A program made the translations under genes and the position numbers. A stretch of DNA of 64,000 nt from the human T2T-CHM13v2.0 reference genome, Homo sapiens: assembly GCF_009914755.1 (NCBI RefSeq), contig NC_060929.1; one strand, 5' to 3'. Below the pieces are notes generated by a model. That model saw only the letters and a program-made list of their open reading frames with translations, did no database searches and was not told the origin of the DNA. This document shows, piece after piece, positions 35,832 to 54,635 of the stretch; the first letter of the stretch is position 1, and each line of letters starts with the position of its first letter.

Positions 35832-36816
35832 TGAGAGAGAAATTGTATTAGCTTTTCTTAAAATCATGCTGAATAATAACCCCAAGTCTCAGTGGCTTAT
35901 AACAGACATTTCTGTTTTGGGTCTGTCCTTCAGCTGATAATTCTAGGACTCAGGCTGAGGGAACAACCACAATCTGAAATGTTCTCATGGCACAGGGCAG
36001 GAGCTTATGACGTCAAGTCCAATTATACCAGTATGATTAAAGTTTCTGTTTGAAAGAGGCTGACATTGACAAAACCCAACGTCATTGAGGCAGGAAAGTA
36101 TACTTCTCCCATTGCAGGGGAGTGGTGGATTTCAGAGTTGGAGAAAGAAAGTGGGTATTTTACTGAAAGAATATAATTTATTAAACTCAGCTATCTTGGT
36201 CATAAATATGACCAAGAATCCTTTCTGCATCCTTTCATGCAGAATGCAGAATCCTTTCTGCATTCTGCCTGCAAAAGACACTTCCCAAGGAAGACAAGAA
36301 ATAAGCTAATAGTGTCATCCAATTGTTACATTTTTTTCAAAGTTCAGTCTTTCATATCAGGTCCAGATGTGGCCCTTCATCTAGAGACCTGTGAACTTTT
36401 CAGACAAATTGTATCACCTCACACATCCAGCAAGCAATAGTGGAATAGGTCTGCAGTCTGTAGCAATTTTTTTTTTTTTTTTTTGGTAGAGATAGGGTCT
36501 CACTTTGTTTTCCTGGCTGGTCTCGAACTCCTAGGTTAAAGCCGTCTACCCACCTCAGCCTCCTGTGGTGCTGGAATTACAGGTGTGAGCCAGCACACCC
36601 AGCCAAAATCTTAAGTATTACTTGGCAAATGATAGGAGATTCCCCTTCCTAGAGGATAGGGAATGACACTGATGAGGCTCTTGTGTTGTTTTCTGGAGGC
36701 ACTTCATCCAGATTCTTCACTCTGCCAGTGGGGAGGTTCTACCTTTTTCATTATCAATGTCAGCCATATCTCTGAAGAGGGCATTAGAGAGTATGTCCTT
36801 CTGAGCAGCTTTCTGA

Positions 36817-37215
<399 letters not shown>

Positions 37216-37335
37216 TAATTTTTGTAGTTTTAGTAGAGACAGGGTTTCACCATGTTGGCCGGACTGGTCTTGAACTCCTGACCTCAGCTGATCCATCTGG
37301 CTTGGCCTCCCAAAGTGCTGGGATTACAGGTGTGA

Positions 37336-37539
<204 letters not shown>

Positions 37540-37643
37540 TAGATACATTTTCTAAGGCCAGAAAACCTACCCATGGATTATATTCTACAAAAAGGACAGA
37601 AGAACTAACCTGCTAAGATGACATCGTATCACTAACAAACTCA

Positions 37644-37787
<144 letters not shown>

Positions 37788-37898
37788 TCAAAACAAAAAC
37801 AAAAACTGGGTGCGGTGGCTCACGCCTATAATCCCAGCACTTTTGGGAGGCTGAGGCAGGCAGATCATGAGGTCTGGAGATTGAGACCATCCTGGCTA

Positions 37899-38091
<193 letters not shown>

Positions 38092-38117
38092 TCAGTGGTA
38101 GTTGTCTGCTATCTAAG

Positions 38118-39730
<1,613 letters not shown>

Positions 39731-39734
39731 GAGG

Positions 39735-40970
<1,236 letters not shown>

Positions 40971-41060
40971 TGGGGCCAGGCGCAGTGGCTCACGCCTGTA
41001 ATACCAGCACTTAGGGAGGCTGAGGTGGGTGGATCACTTGAGGCCAGGAGTTGGAGATTA

Positions 41061-41360
<300 letters not shown>

Positions 41361-42239
41361 TTATATTTCTAAAAAGATCCCAAGACTTAGAAATCACTGA
41401 TGTATATCATCAAACACATTGGTCAAGCTTACAATACTATATATAACCTAAGCATTATCACAGAACGTAATGTAACTTTTTTTTTTTTTGAGACGGAGTC
41501 TCCCTCTGTCGCTCAGGCTGGAGTGCAGTGGCACACTCTCGGCTTACTGCAACCTCTGCCTTCTGGGTTCAAGCAATTCTCCTGCCTCACCTCCTGAGTA
41601 GCTGGGACTACAGGCGCCCGCCACCACGCCCGGCTAATTTTTGTATTTTTAGTAGAGACAGGGTTTTACAATGTTGGCCAGTCTGGTGTCGAACTCCTGA
41701 CCTCAAGTGATCCGCCCGCCTCAGCCTCCCAAAGTGCTGGCATTACAGGCGTGAGCCATAGCGCCCCGCCCGTAATGTAATTTTGGGGGAAAGATATGAG
41801 TGGCTTACATTTCAAATATTTCTGAATTTTTGAGTTATCTCAACTTGAAGCAAAGGCCCAGCAGTTCGATATCAGGAGTAATAAACGGTAAAGAAAACAG
41901 AAACAAATTACAATCAAGCAATGCCAATCAGCAAGAGAGTGTGACATGGCCCTTTTTAAGCCAGAGTAAACTCTTGTGAGCTTGCCACTAACTCCCATTT
42001 TAACGAAATTATTCATTTTAGGAAACCGCAAGGTTTTTTTTTTGTTTTTCTTTAATTTTTTTAATCTTTGCAAGAGCTGTCAGATAAGAAGGTTGTATTA
42101 TTTATTTGGTTCCAGATAAAATTTTGAACTATATCGAAATTATAGACTGGCTTTCTGGAAAGGAAATGGTCCTAGACAATTTATAGGCTAATGAGCAGAG
42201 ACCCACCTTAACAAAATTTTGTCCCCAAAACGAAACAAT

Positions 42240-42441
42240 AGAACACACGTGGGTGGATCCTAGTAGGGAGAAGGGGTGGGCGGGGTCAGGCACAGGGGGC
42301 GGAGCCAGCCCCACGGCGGAGGAGAGCCCAGTCCGGTCTCCGCCTCCGTGACGTCCCGGGAAGCACCGCCCACAGCTGCCCGGGACTCCAGTGATCGCCG
42401 CGGCTCGCTCGCGCCCCGGAAACTGCCCCTTCTCGGGGGTC
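42240..42441 (+). promoter_or_regulatory. MRPS36: MRPS36/KGD4 CpG-island promoter
   Basis: CpG-rich 42240-43000; CACGTG at 42246; GC boxes; CRE-like GTGACGTC at 42348; ETS-like CCGGAAA; YY1-like CAAGATGGCG overlapping Met6. Confidence 0.8.
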
Positions 42442-42483
42442 ATGATGGGCAGCAAGATGGCGTCTGCTAGTAGGGTCGTTCAG
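42442..42483 (+). CDS. MRPS36: MRPS36/KGD4 exon 1 (MMGSKMASASRVVQ)
   Basis: ATG at 42442, CAG|GTAAAG donor, 42 nt. Confidence 0.93.
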
Positions 42484-43061
42484 GTAAAGCAATTTGTCGC
42501 GTTTCCGCATCTTGGGCGGTAGGGACGGTGCTGACTATGGCGACGGCGTCGGGGAGTAAAGGCGGTGGCAGAGGCAGAGCGGTGACCGCGCCTCTGCGGA
42601 GGGCCAGTGACGGCGCCCGCGGGTGTGTGTGAGGATGGGACTTTGAGCCTGTTGGACCGGGCAGTGAGGTGGGTCCGGCGCCGAGGGTTCGAGCCTTGCG
42701 GCAACCGTGCAGCATCTTGGCAGGTAGGTCCTGTACCTACTGCCGGGATCCCCCGCTCCTCCGCCAGGACCTTGTTAGTCTTAGGCGTGTGCGGGTGAGG
42801 CGACCCTGGCGGTAGCCTGGCCAATCGCCGTCTAGGATTGGCTGTGGTGCCCCCGATCAGCCAATCGGAAGGAAGGCGGTAGCGGGGCGTGGAAGGAAGC
42901 GAACCCTGGATCTGACCCACTGTCCCTTCAAGGTCTCGGGAATGGTCGGGCAACTGGCCCCGCGTACTGCGTCCTCGCCGGAGCGGGTTCTCCCCAACCT
43001 CTCCAAGCGTCTGGCTACAGGCCAGATGAGGGAAATAGAAAAGTAAACTTAAGTTTAATTA

Positions 43062-43107
43062 GTATGTGTGTGTGTATATTAATGTGTGTGTGTGTGTGTG
43101 TGTGTAT
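43062..43107. repeat. Interrupted (TG)n microsatellite
   Basis: Read directly from the sequence. Confidence 0.85.
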
Positions 43108-45114
43108 AAGCGTTGGTTTCACAAGCCTATTTTCCCCTGGTTTAGATAGACAGCTAAAGTAACTTTGTTAATCCACCTATCAGCTACTAACTCCTGATAG
43201 CCTTTTTATTTGTTTCTTCAGCTGTGGTTCTAACTTAGGTAAAATTATTATATAAGTGGAACACAACCTCCACTTTTGTGGTTGGTTTACATAGTCTTTG
43301 AACCCTGAAACTATATTATTTTATAATTGACTTTTATCTTTGATATGAGAAGTACATTCCGCTTTATATAAGTACATCTCTTAAAAGACCTTTTTCTAAA
43401 TTCCTGAAATTGTTGTCTGAATGATAATCCTAGATCCCAGTCTTTGGTCCCATTGCAATGAATGATCCTTACTTATTCAGTGGGTAGTTACTGAGCATCA
43501 ACTAGTTAAAGATTCTGTAAGGACTGAGAGACTGACAAAGGTCTGTTATCCATAATATATAACCATATGTATCAATAATATATAACAATTTAAAAATGGG
43601 TAAAAGACTTGGCGTGTTGCACAAAAGATACCCAAATGAGCAATGAACATTTTAAAAGGTGCTCAATATCATTACTTGCCAGGAAAATAAAAATTAAAAC
43701 CATGAGGTCCTACACATCCACCAAAATGACTAAAATTTAGACGTCAGTGGTGATGAGAATGTGAAGCGTCTGAAACCCTCAATATTGCTGGTGGGAATAT
43801 AAAATGTTATAGCCACTTTGGAAAGCTGTCAGTCTCTAATAGTTAAGCATGTATCTACCGTATGACCCAGCAATTCTACTCATAGGTTTATTGCCCAAGA
43901 GAAGTGAATGCACATACTGTCTCTGTACGTAAATGTTCACAGAAAAAAAAGAGTTACTAGCAAAGAACTGGGGTCCAGAGCTGAGGGGTTCCAGCCTGGC
44001 AGCAGGAGTGTGGCATCTCAGCAGGCAGGTACTATATATACTGCCATGGGGTCCCTGGCTCTATTTCTGATAGCCCCCAAACCACAAACAATCTCTATGT
44101 CTGTCTTTTGCATAAACAAATTGTGGTAGTTTGTTAAAATAGTACAGTCCAAAGCAATACTAACAGCTGATGTGTGCAAACAAATGAAGAAACTGTGAGA
44201 TATACAGTAAGGAATGGTCTGTGCCCTTCTAACATAGGAACAAAGACCTGTACTCACCTATTTAGAATTCAGATCAGGTTCGTGATTGCGCTCTTAAAAA
44301 AAAAGAAAAAAAGAGAGAATACAACCAATATGCTAATATAATATCACTTGAGCCTAGGAGTTTGACGCTGCAGTGAACCACAATCACCCCACTGCACCCC
44401 AGCCTGTGTAACAGAGCAAGACCTGGTCTCGAAAAATAAATAATAAAGTATGTGCTAATATTATGTAATAATTACATATAACATTAGCAAAATTTGTTGA
44501 GTATCTCTGTGACAGGCCTATAAAGCTAGGACTACAGTGCCAGTTAGAGTTTAGGCCAGGCTCACTGATGTATGCCTGTAATCCCAACACTTTGGTAGTT
44601 TGAGGCAGGAGGATGGCTTGAGCCCAGGAGTTCAAGACCAGCCTGGGCAAAATAGCAAGACCCCATCTCTATAAAAATTTTAAAAAATTAGCTGAGCATG
44701 GTGACGTGCACCTGTGGTCCCAGCTACTCAGGAGGCTGAGGTGGGAAGATTGAGCCTGGGTGATCAAGGCTACAGTGAGCCATAATCATGCCACTGCATT
44801 CCAGCCTGGACAGTAGAGCTAGACCCTGACTCAAAAAAAAAAAACAAAAAAACATAGAGCTTAGAATTTGGTTGTTGATCCATATCTTGAAGGAAGAGAA
44901 GAGTGCCAAAAGACTGATTGGTACAAACTGATAGGAAGTCACAAAGCGTGGTCTCAGAACATTAAGTAAAGACAAAGCCAGCTGGGCACGGTGGCTCACA
45001 CCTGTACTCCCAACACTTTGGAAAGCCAAGGTGGGAAGATTGCTTGAGCCAGGAGTTCAAGATTAGCCTAGGCAACATAGCAAGACCCCATCTCTATAAA
45101 AATTAGCCAGGCAG

Positions 45115-45810
45115 CCACCCCGTCTGGGAAGTGAGGAGCGCCTCTGCCCGGCCGCCCCGTCTGGGATGTGAGGAGCGCCTCTGCCCGGCCACCACCCCGT
45201 CTGGGAAGTGAGGAGCGCCTCTGCCTGGCCGCAGTGCAATCTTCCAAGTGTGAAGTGACAGCCTTTCTGCAGGTGTACCCAACAGCTCTGAAGAGACAGC
45301 AACCATCGAGAACGGGCCATGATGACGATGGCGGTTTTGTCGAAAAGAAAAGGGGGAAATGTGGGGAAAAGAAAGAGAGATCAGATTGTTACTGTGTCTG
45401 TGTAGAAAGAAGTAGACACAGGAGACTCCATTTTGTTCTGTACTAAGAAAAATTCTTCTGCCTTGGGATGCTGTTAATCTATAACCTTACCCCCAACCCT
45501 GTGCTCTCTGAAACGTGCTGTGTCCACTCAGGGTTAAATGGATTAAGGGCGGTGCAAGATGTGCTTTGTTAAACAGATGCTTGAAGGCAGCATGCTCGTT
45601 AAGAGTCATCACCACTCCCTAATCTCAAGTACCCAGGGACGTAAACACTGCGGAAGGCCGCAGGGACCTCTGCCTAGGAAAACCAGAGACCTTTTTGTTC
45701 ACGTGTTTATCTGCTGACCTTCTCTCCACTATTATCCTATGACCCTGCCACATCCCCCTCTCCGAGAAACACCCAAGAATGATCAATAAATACTAAAAAA
45801 AAAAAAAAAA
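45115..45810 (+). mobile_element. 5'-truncated SVA (SVA_A-like) inserted in the A-rich linker of an old Alu
   Basis: About three VNTR units (ccccgtctgggaagtgaggagcgcctctgcccggcc), SINE-R, AATAAA at 45785 and poly(A). TSD AAAAATTAGCCAGGCAG at 45098-45114 and 45807-45823. Confidence 0.95.
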
Positions 45811-46019
45811 ATTAGCCAGGCAGGAGGGGTAGTGTGTGGGTGTGTACCTGTAGTCCTAGCTACTTAGGAGGCTGAGGTGGAAAGATCACTTGAGCCCAGG
45901 AGTTTGACGCTGCAGTGAACCACGATCACTCCACTGCACCCCAGCCTGTGTAACAGAGCAAGACCTGGTCTCAAAAAATAAATAATAAAGTAAAACATTT
46001 TCAGACTGGCTAACAAATG

Positions 46020-46880
46020 AAAATCCAGTGCTATGCTATTTATAAGAGGCATAGCTAAAACTAAGATTTGGAAAGGTAAAAATAAAGAGATAGTCAACTG
46101 ATCTTTGACAAAACGAGCAAAGGGAATACAATGGAGAAAAGATAGTCTTTTCAACATGGTGCTGAAAAAATTGGATATCCATCTAGACACAGACCTCACG
46201 TTCTTCACAAACATTAACTCAAAATGGATCCTAGACCTAAATGCAAAATGCAAAACTATAAAACCCTTAGAATATAACATAGGAGAAAATAAAAATAACC
46301 TTAGGTTTAGGAATGACTTTTTAGATATAACACCAAAGGCATGATCCATGAAAAATTAATTGATAAGCTGGACTTCATTAAAATAAAAAATTCTGCTCTG
46401 TGAGACACTGTCAAAAAAAGGCAAGCCACATATTGGGAGAAAATACTTTCAAAAGACATATCTGATAAAAGACTATTATAGAAAACATAAGGCTGGGCAC
46501 GGTGACTCATGCCTGTAATCCCAGCACTTTGGGAGACCAAGGCGGGCAGATCACCTGAGGTCAGGAGTTCGAGACCAGCCTGGCCAACATGGCAAAACCC
46601 CATATCTATTAAAAGTACAAAAATTAGCTGGGCGTGGTGGCAGGTGCCTATAATCCCAGCTACAGGAGGTCGAGGCAGGAGAATCACTTGAACCTGGGAG
46701 GCGGAGGTTGCAGTGAGCCCACTGCACTCCAGCCTGGGTGACAGAGCAAGACTCCATCTCAAAAAAAAAAGAAAAGAAAAGAAAACAGAAGAACTCAACA
46801 ATAAGAAAATAAATAAAAATAAATGACTGAATTTTAAAATGGGCAAAACAGCTGAACAGACACCTCATCAAAGAAAATAC
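46020..46880 (+). mobile_element. Old L1M ORF2 C-terminal fragment, Alu-interrupted
   Basis: ORF 46105-46344 (AKGIQWRKDSLFN...INSKWILDLN...TIKPLE) resembles the L1 ORF2p C-terminal region. Confidence 0.8.
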
Positions 46881-46926
46881 ATTTTGGGAGGCTGAAGTAG
46901 GTGGATTGCTGGAGCCCAGGAGTTCA

Positions 46927-47590
<664 letters not shown>

Positions 47591-48313
47591 TCAGATTGGC
47601 TTCTTAGTTATCCAGCTAATATACAGTTGGAGTTATTTTTTGTCATATTTGTATTTAGAATCTAAAAAGACAATTGAGAAGGGGAAATTTTTGTTTTGTT
47701 TTGTTTGAGACAGGGTCTCACTTTATCACACATACTGGAGTGTAGTGGCATGATCATGGCTCACTGCAGCCTTGACCTCCCAAGGTTCAAGTGATCCTCC
47801 TGCCTCAGCCCCCCAAATAGCTGGGACTGAAGGTGTGCAGCACCACTCGCAGCTAAGTTTTTGGTATTTTTTGTAGAGACAGAGTTTCGCCATGTTGCCC
47901 AGGCTGGTTTCAAACTCCTGAGCTCAAGAAATCCACCTGCCTCAGACTCCCAAATTGCTGAGATTACAGGTGTGAGTCACCACACCCAATCAAGAAGGGG
48001 AAATGTGAGCATAAGCTAAATATCAGATGATAGTAGGAATTATTGTTAGTTAAGTGTGGCAAAAGTATTGGGGCTCACCTGAACAAAAACTAGGATGAAC
48101 TAAGGTGTCTACCATGATTATATTTGGAATCTTGTTAGTTAATAAAGTGACTTTTTTTTTTTGAGATAAGATCTTGCTGTTTTCCAGGCTGCAGTGCAGT
48201 AGCATGATCTTGGCTGATTTACTATAGCCTCAACCTCTCGGGCTCAAGTGATCTTCCCACCTAAGCGTTCCAAGTAGCTGGGACTACAGGCCCACGCCAC
48301 CATGCCTGGCTAA

Positions 48314-48436
<123 letters not shown>

Positions 48437-48491
48437 TGAGCCTGGCTTCACTGCTTTCAAATTGGAAAAAAAAAAAGTATTGGAGTTATGA

Positions 48492-48893
<402 letters not shown>

Positions 48894-50809
48894 TGATCCA
48901 CCCACCTCGGCCTCCCAAAGTGCTGGGATTACAGGCGTGAGCCACTGCGCCCGGCCTATATCAGGGTTTATTTTATACCGTTCTACTTTTTTGCATTTAA
49001 AACACTTTCTAGGGCTGGGTGCAGTGGCTCATGCCTGTAATCCCTGTACTTTGGGCGGCCAAGGCAGGAGGATTGCTTAAGCCCAAGAGTTCAAGACCCA
49101 CCTAAGGAACATAGGGAGATCCCATCTCCACAAAAAATTTTAAAAATTAGCCAGGCGTGGTGGTGCACACTTGTAGTCCCAGTTACTTTCGAGGCTAAGG
49201 TGGGAGGATCCCTTGAGCCTGGGAGGTTGAGGCTGTAATGAGCTGTGATCATACCACTGCACTAGGTGACAAGAGCAAGACCCTATCTCAAAATAAAAAT
49301 TTTTTTTGTTAAAAAGTAGGGATACCAAACAGTGGGAATTTAATTTATAGGACCATATTATTATTATTATTGGTTGTTTTTTGTTTTTGTTTTTTTTTTT
49401 AGATGGAGTCTTGCTCTGTTGCCCAGGCTGGAGTGCAGTGGTACAGTCTTGGCTCACTGCAACCTCCGCCTCCTGAGTTCAAGTGATTTCTCATGCCCCA
49501 GCCTCCTGAGTAGCTGGGATCACAGGCGTGCGCCACCACACGCAGCTAATTTTTGTATTTTTAGTAGAGACAGGGTTTCACCATGTTGACCAGGTTGGTC
49601 TTGAACTCCTGACCTCAAGTGATCTGTCCACTTCAGCCTTCCAAAGTGCTGGGATTACAGGTGTTAGACACTGTGCCCAGCCTATAAGGCCATATTAAAT
49701 CATGTTTTTAAGTATATAAAAGCAATGTTGCAAATGATTTCCTTCTCTGCAGTGTATGTACATTTGTATAAGTATATAATACATATTTACATGCCTATAC
49801 AGTTAGACCTAACTTACAAATGGTTTATTCACGTATTTGGCAACTGTTACTTGGGCATTTACCATGTAACAGGAATGCTACTGCAGAAGTGCTTAGTTTT
49901 CTGTCTCTGACTGTCCAGGAGCTTAGTGCTCTTCTATAATCATTGGCTAATTTATCTGTCCTCTGAAAACATAAGGAGAGTTTTTAACTCAGACTTTGGA
50001 ATTTGGGAAAGGTTCTTAGAGAAGAGTGACATTTGAGCTGTTGTAAAGGATAAGCAGTCAGAAGGATAGGCATGGAAGTGGAATGGGATAGGAGGGAGAT
50101 TTCATGGCAGAGGACGTAAGCTGTAGATGGAATGAGGATAAATAGGATGAATTGGGGAAAGGAAAAATACTTCAGAATACTTGGAGCAATGGGTACATAA
50201 GACAGTAGGGGAGAAAGGCTGGCAAAGTAGGGAGAGGCCAGATCACAATGGGTGTTGTGAGTGCCAAATAAGAGTTTGAACTTTATCCTGAAAGCTGTGG
50301 AACATTTTTCAAACTTCTTTTTTTTCTTCTTTTAAGTTGTAGAGAGGGAGTCTCATCTTCTTGCTCAGGCTGGTCTCAAACTCCTGGGCTCAAGCCGTCT
50401 TCCCAAAGTGCTGGGATTACAGGCATGAGCCACTGACCTCAGCCAGTTTTCAAACTTCTAAATAGGGGAGTGATGATAGGATAGATAGAACATTCTCTTA
50501 AGAAGCTTGGCTATGAAAGTGAAGAAACAGTTAATAGAGAAGTTTTTTTTTTTTGAGACAGAGCCTCTCTCTGTCACTCAGGCTGGAGTGCAGTGGCTCG
50601 CTCTCGGACTTCCACTCCAGGGTTCAAGCAATTTTCTGCCTTAGCCTCCCGAGTAGCTGGGATTACAGGCGCCCACCACCACGCCCGGCTAATTTTTTTA
50701 TTTTTTTAGTAGAGACAGGGTTTCACCGTCTTGGCCAGGCTGGTCTTGAATTCGTGACCTCATGATCCACCCGCCTTGGCCTCTCAAAGTGCTGGGATAA
50801 CAGGCGTGA

Positions 50810-51041
<232 letters not shown>

Positions 51042-51554
51042 TAGCCAGAATGGTCTCAATCTCCTGACCTCATGATCCACCCACCTCGGCCTCTCAAAGT
51101 GCTGGCATTACAGGTGTGAGCCACCATGCCCGGCCGAGAAGTTTTTTAGCATGGAAGACTTGAGCATGATTTTATGGTGAGGGAGAGAACACATTCCAGC
51201 ATTTTCTCACAGCCACAGAATTACAGTGGTGAATTTTTAGGCCAATCCCATACCTATTTGCTTCTGTGCCCACATAAAATGCATAATATGTACTACAAAT
51301 ATATAAATATATTGCAGATAAACCCACCTCAGTCTTATTCGTTACATAGCAATTTATAGATTAGTTGAAAATAGTACTTTGTTCATTAGATTCTTAGCAT
51401 TGTATATTCAGAAGATTTCATATTGACAGGTCCATTTAAGGTCCTCTGTACCACTATCTGGAATTTTACGGACAAAAATGTTAATACTTTTCAAACATCT
51501 GTTCCAAAAACAGTATTCCAAAAATATGTATTCCAGGCCAGGCATGGTGGCTCA

Positions 51555-52037
<483 letters not shown>

Positions 52038-52040
52038 TCA

Positions 52041-52250
<210 letters not shown>

Positions 52251-52531
52251 TTACTTTTGTAGTCAAAAAAAGTATTCTTTAATTTTCTAATTTTCAAAAT
52301 GATTGTTTTTTCTTCCCTGTTAGGTATTAATATAGTAGGGAAATAACACTCAAAACAAGTCAGGAGGCCAGGTGCAGTGGTTCATGCCTGAAATCCTAGA
52401 ACTTTGGGAGGCTAAGGCAAGAAGATTGCTTGTACCTAGGAGCAGGAGGCGGAGGTTGCGGTAAGGCCACATCATGCCAGTGCACTCCATCCTGGGCAAC
52501 AAGCCAGACGCTGTCTCAACAAAAAATTTAA

Positions 52532-52624
<93 letters not shown>

Positions 52625-52641
52625 TGAGACCACCTTGGCTA

Positions 52642-52988
<347 letters not shown>

Positions 52989-53259
52989 TAGCTGGAACTA
53001 CAGGCACATAGCACCACATTTTTTTTTTTTTTTTTTTGAGACGGAGTCTCGCTCTGTGGTCAGACTGAAGTATGGTGGCACTATCTCTGCTCACTGCAAC
53101 CTCTGCCTCCTGCGTTCAAGCGATTCTCCTGCCTCAGCCTCCTGAGTAGCTGGGATTACAGGTGTGCACTACCACCATGCCCTGCTAATTTTTGTATTTT
53201 TAGTAGATACGAGGTTTCACCCTGTTGGTCAGGCTGCTCTCGAACTCCTGACCTCGTGA

Positions 53260-53463
<204 letters not shown>

Positions 53464-54092
53464 TAGCTAGGATTACAGGCACGCATCACCATGCCCAGCT
53501 AATTTTTGTATTTTTAGTAGAGATGGGGTTTCACCATGTTGGCCAGGCTGGTCTTGAACTCCTGACCTCGTGATCCGTCCGCCTCGGCCTCCCAAAGTGT
53601 TGGGATTATAGGCGTGAGCCATCACACTGGGCCTTGTTTTTCTTTTTGTTTTTGTTTTAATTTTTGGTAGAGACGGGGTTTCACCATGTTGCCCAGGCTG
53701 GTCTCAAACTCCTGCACTCACGCAATCTGCCTGTCTGGGCCTCCCAAAATGTTGGGATTACAGGCATAAGCCACTGCACCCAGCCAGCTTTCATTCTTAC
53801 CAATCTATAAGTCATGCAACATAAACTCTACATCATCTCCTCCATTGGGTTGCTTTGAAGTGAAGTACACCTTCGATAGTACAATGAAGTCTTGTGATAT
53901 ATAAAGTACAAAGTTGTGTTTACCGGGTAGACAAGTTAATAATTCATAGACCAGCTTTCCTGGTTGGGGAAGAGTATAATTTAAAGTTGCTGTAAAATAG
54001 TAATTTTAACAAACGTATCTACTTATGAGGTTTAGTAGATCATTTCTTTTAGTTAATGAGATTGTTTTTCATGCATATTACTTTTCATTTAG

Positions 54093-54156
54093 GTAGTCAA
54101 ACCACACACTCCATTAATAAGGTTTCCTGACAGAAGAGACAATCCTAAACCCAATG
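54093..54156 (+). CDS. MRPS36: MRPS36/KGD4 exon 2 (VVKPHTPLIRFPDRRDNPKPN)
   Basis: catttag acceptor, GTGAGT donor, 64 nt; carries the Kgd4-family P-I-F motif. Confidence 0.95.
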
Positions 54157-54440
54157 GTGAGTTGTATTTTATTTAAATTTCTTTTAAAATTGTGTACATG
54201 AATATTTATAAATGAGTATTTTATTGTAGGCAATATTTCTCATTTTAAAATCAGTTAAGACTATTGTAGCTTAGATCAAAATAGTGCCTTATGTAGCATG
54301 CAAGTAGAAATTAACTTATGGCTGGGAGCGGTGGCTCACGCCTGTCATCCCAGCACTTTGGGAGGCCGAGGCACGCGGATCACCTGAGGTCAGGAGTTCA
54401 AGACCAGCCTGGCCAACATGGTGAAACCCTGTCTCTACTA

Positions 54441-54635
<195 letters not shown>

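Noticed and set aside
36198-36213. GGTCA...TGACC as an estrogen response element
   Set aside because: The spacer is 6 nt, not 3; it is part of the hairpin reported separately.
42537-42632. Strong-Kozak ATG (actATGG) in KGD4 intron 1
   Set aside because: Out of frame with KGD4, closes after 31 codons, no recognisable homology.
42480-42953. 157-aa minus-strand ORF and similar ORFs over the CENPH and CDK7 CpG islands
   Set aside because: Expected from stop-codon scarcity in GC-rich DNA; Pro/Arg-rich with no domain.
45063-45446. ORFs over the SVA VNTR/SINE-R
   Set aside because: Low-complexity VNTR and an HERV-K env/LTR remnant; not an independent gene.
46105-46344. 79-aa ORF resembling L1 ORF2p
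   Set aside because: Short fossil fragment with no start context, flanked by stops.
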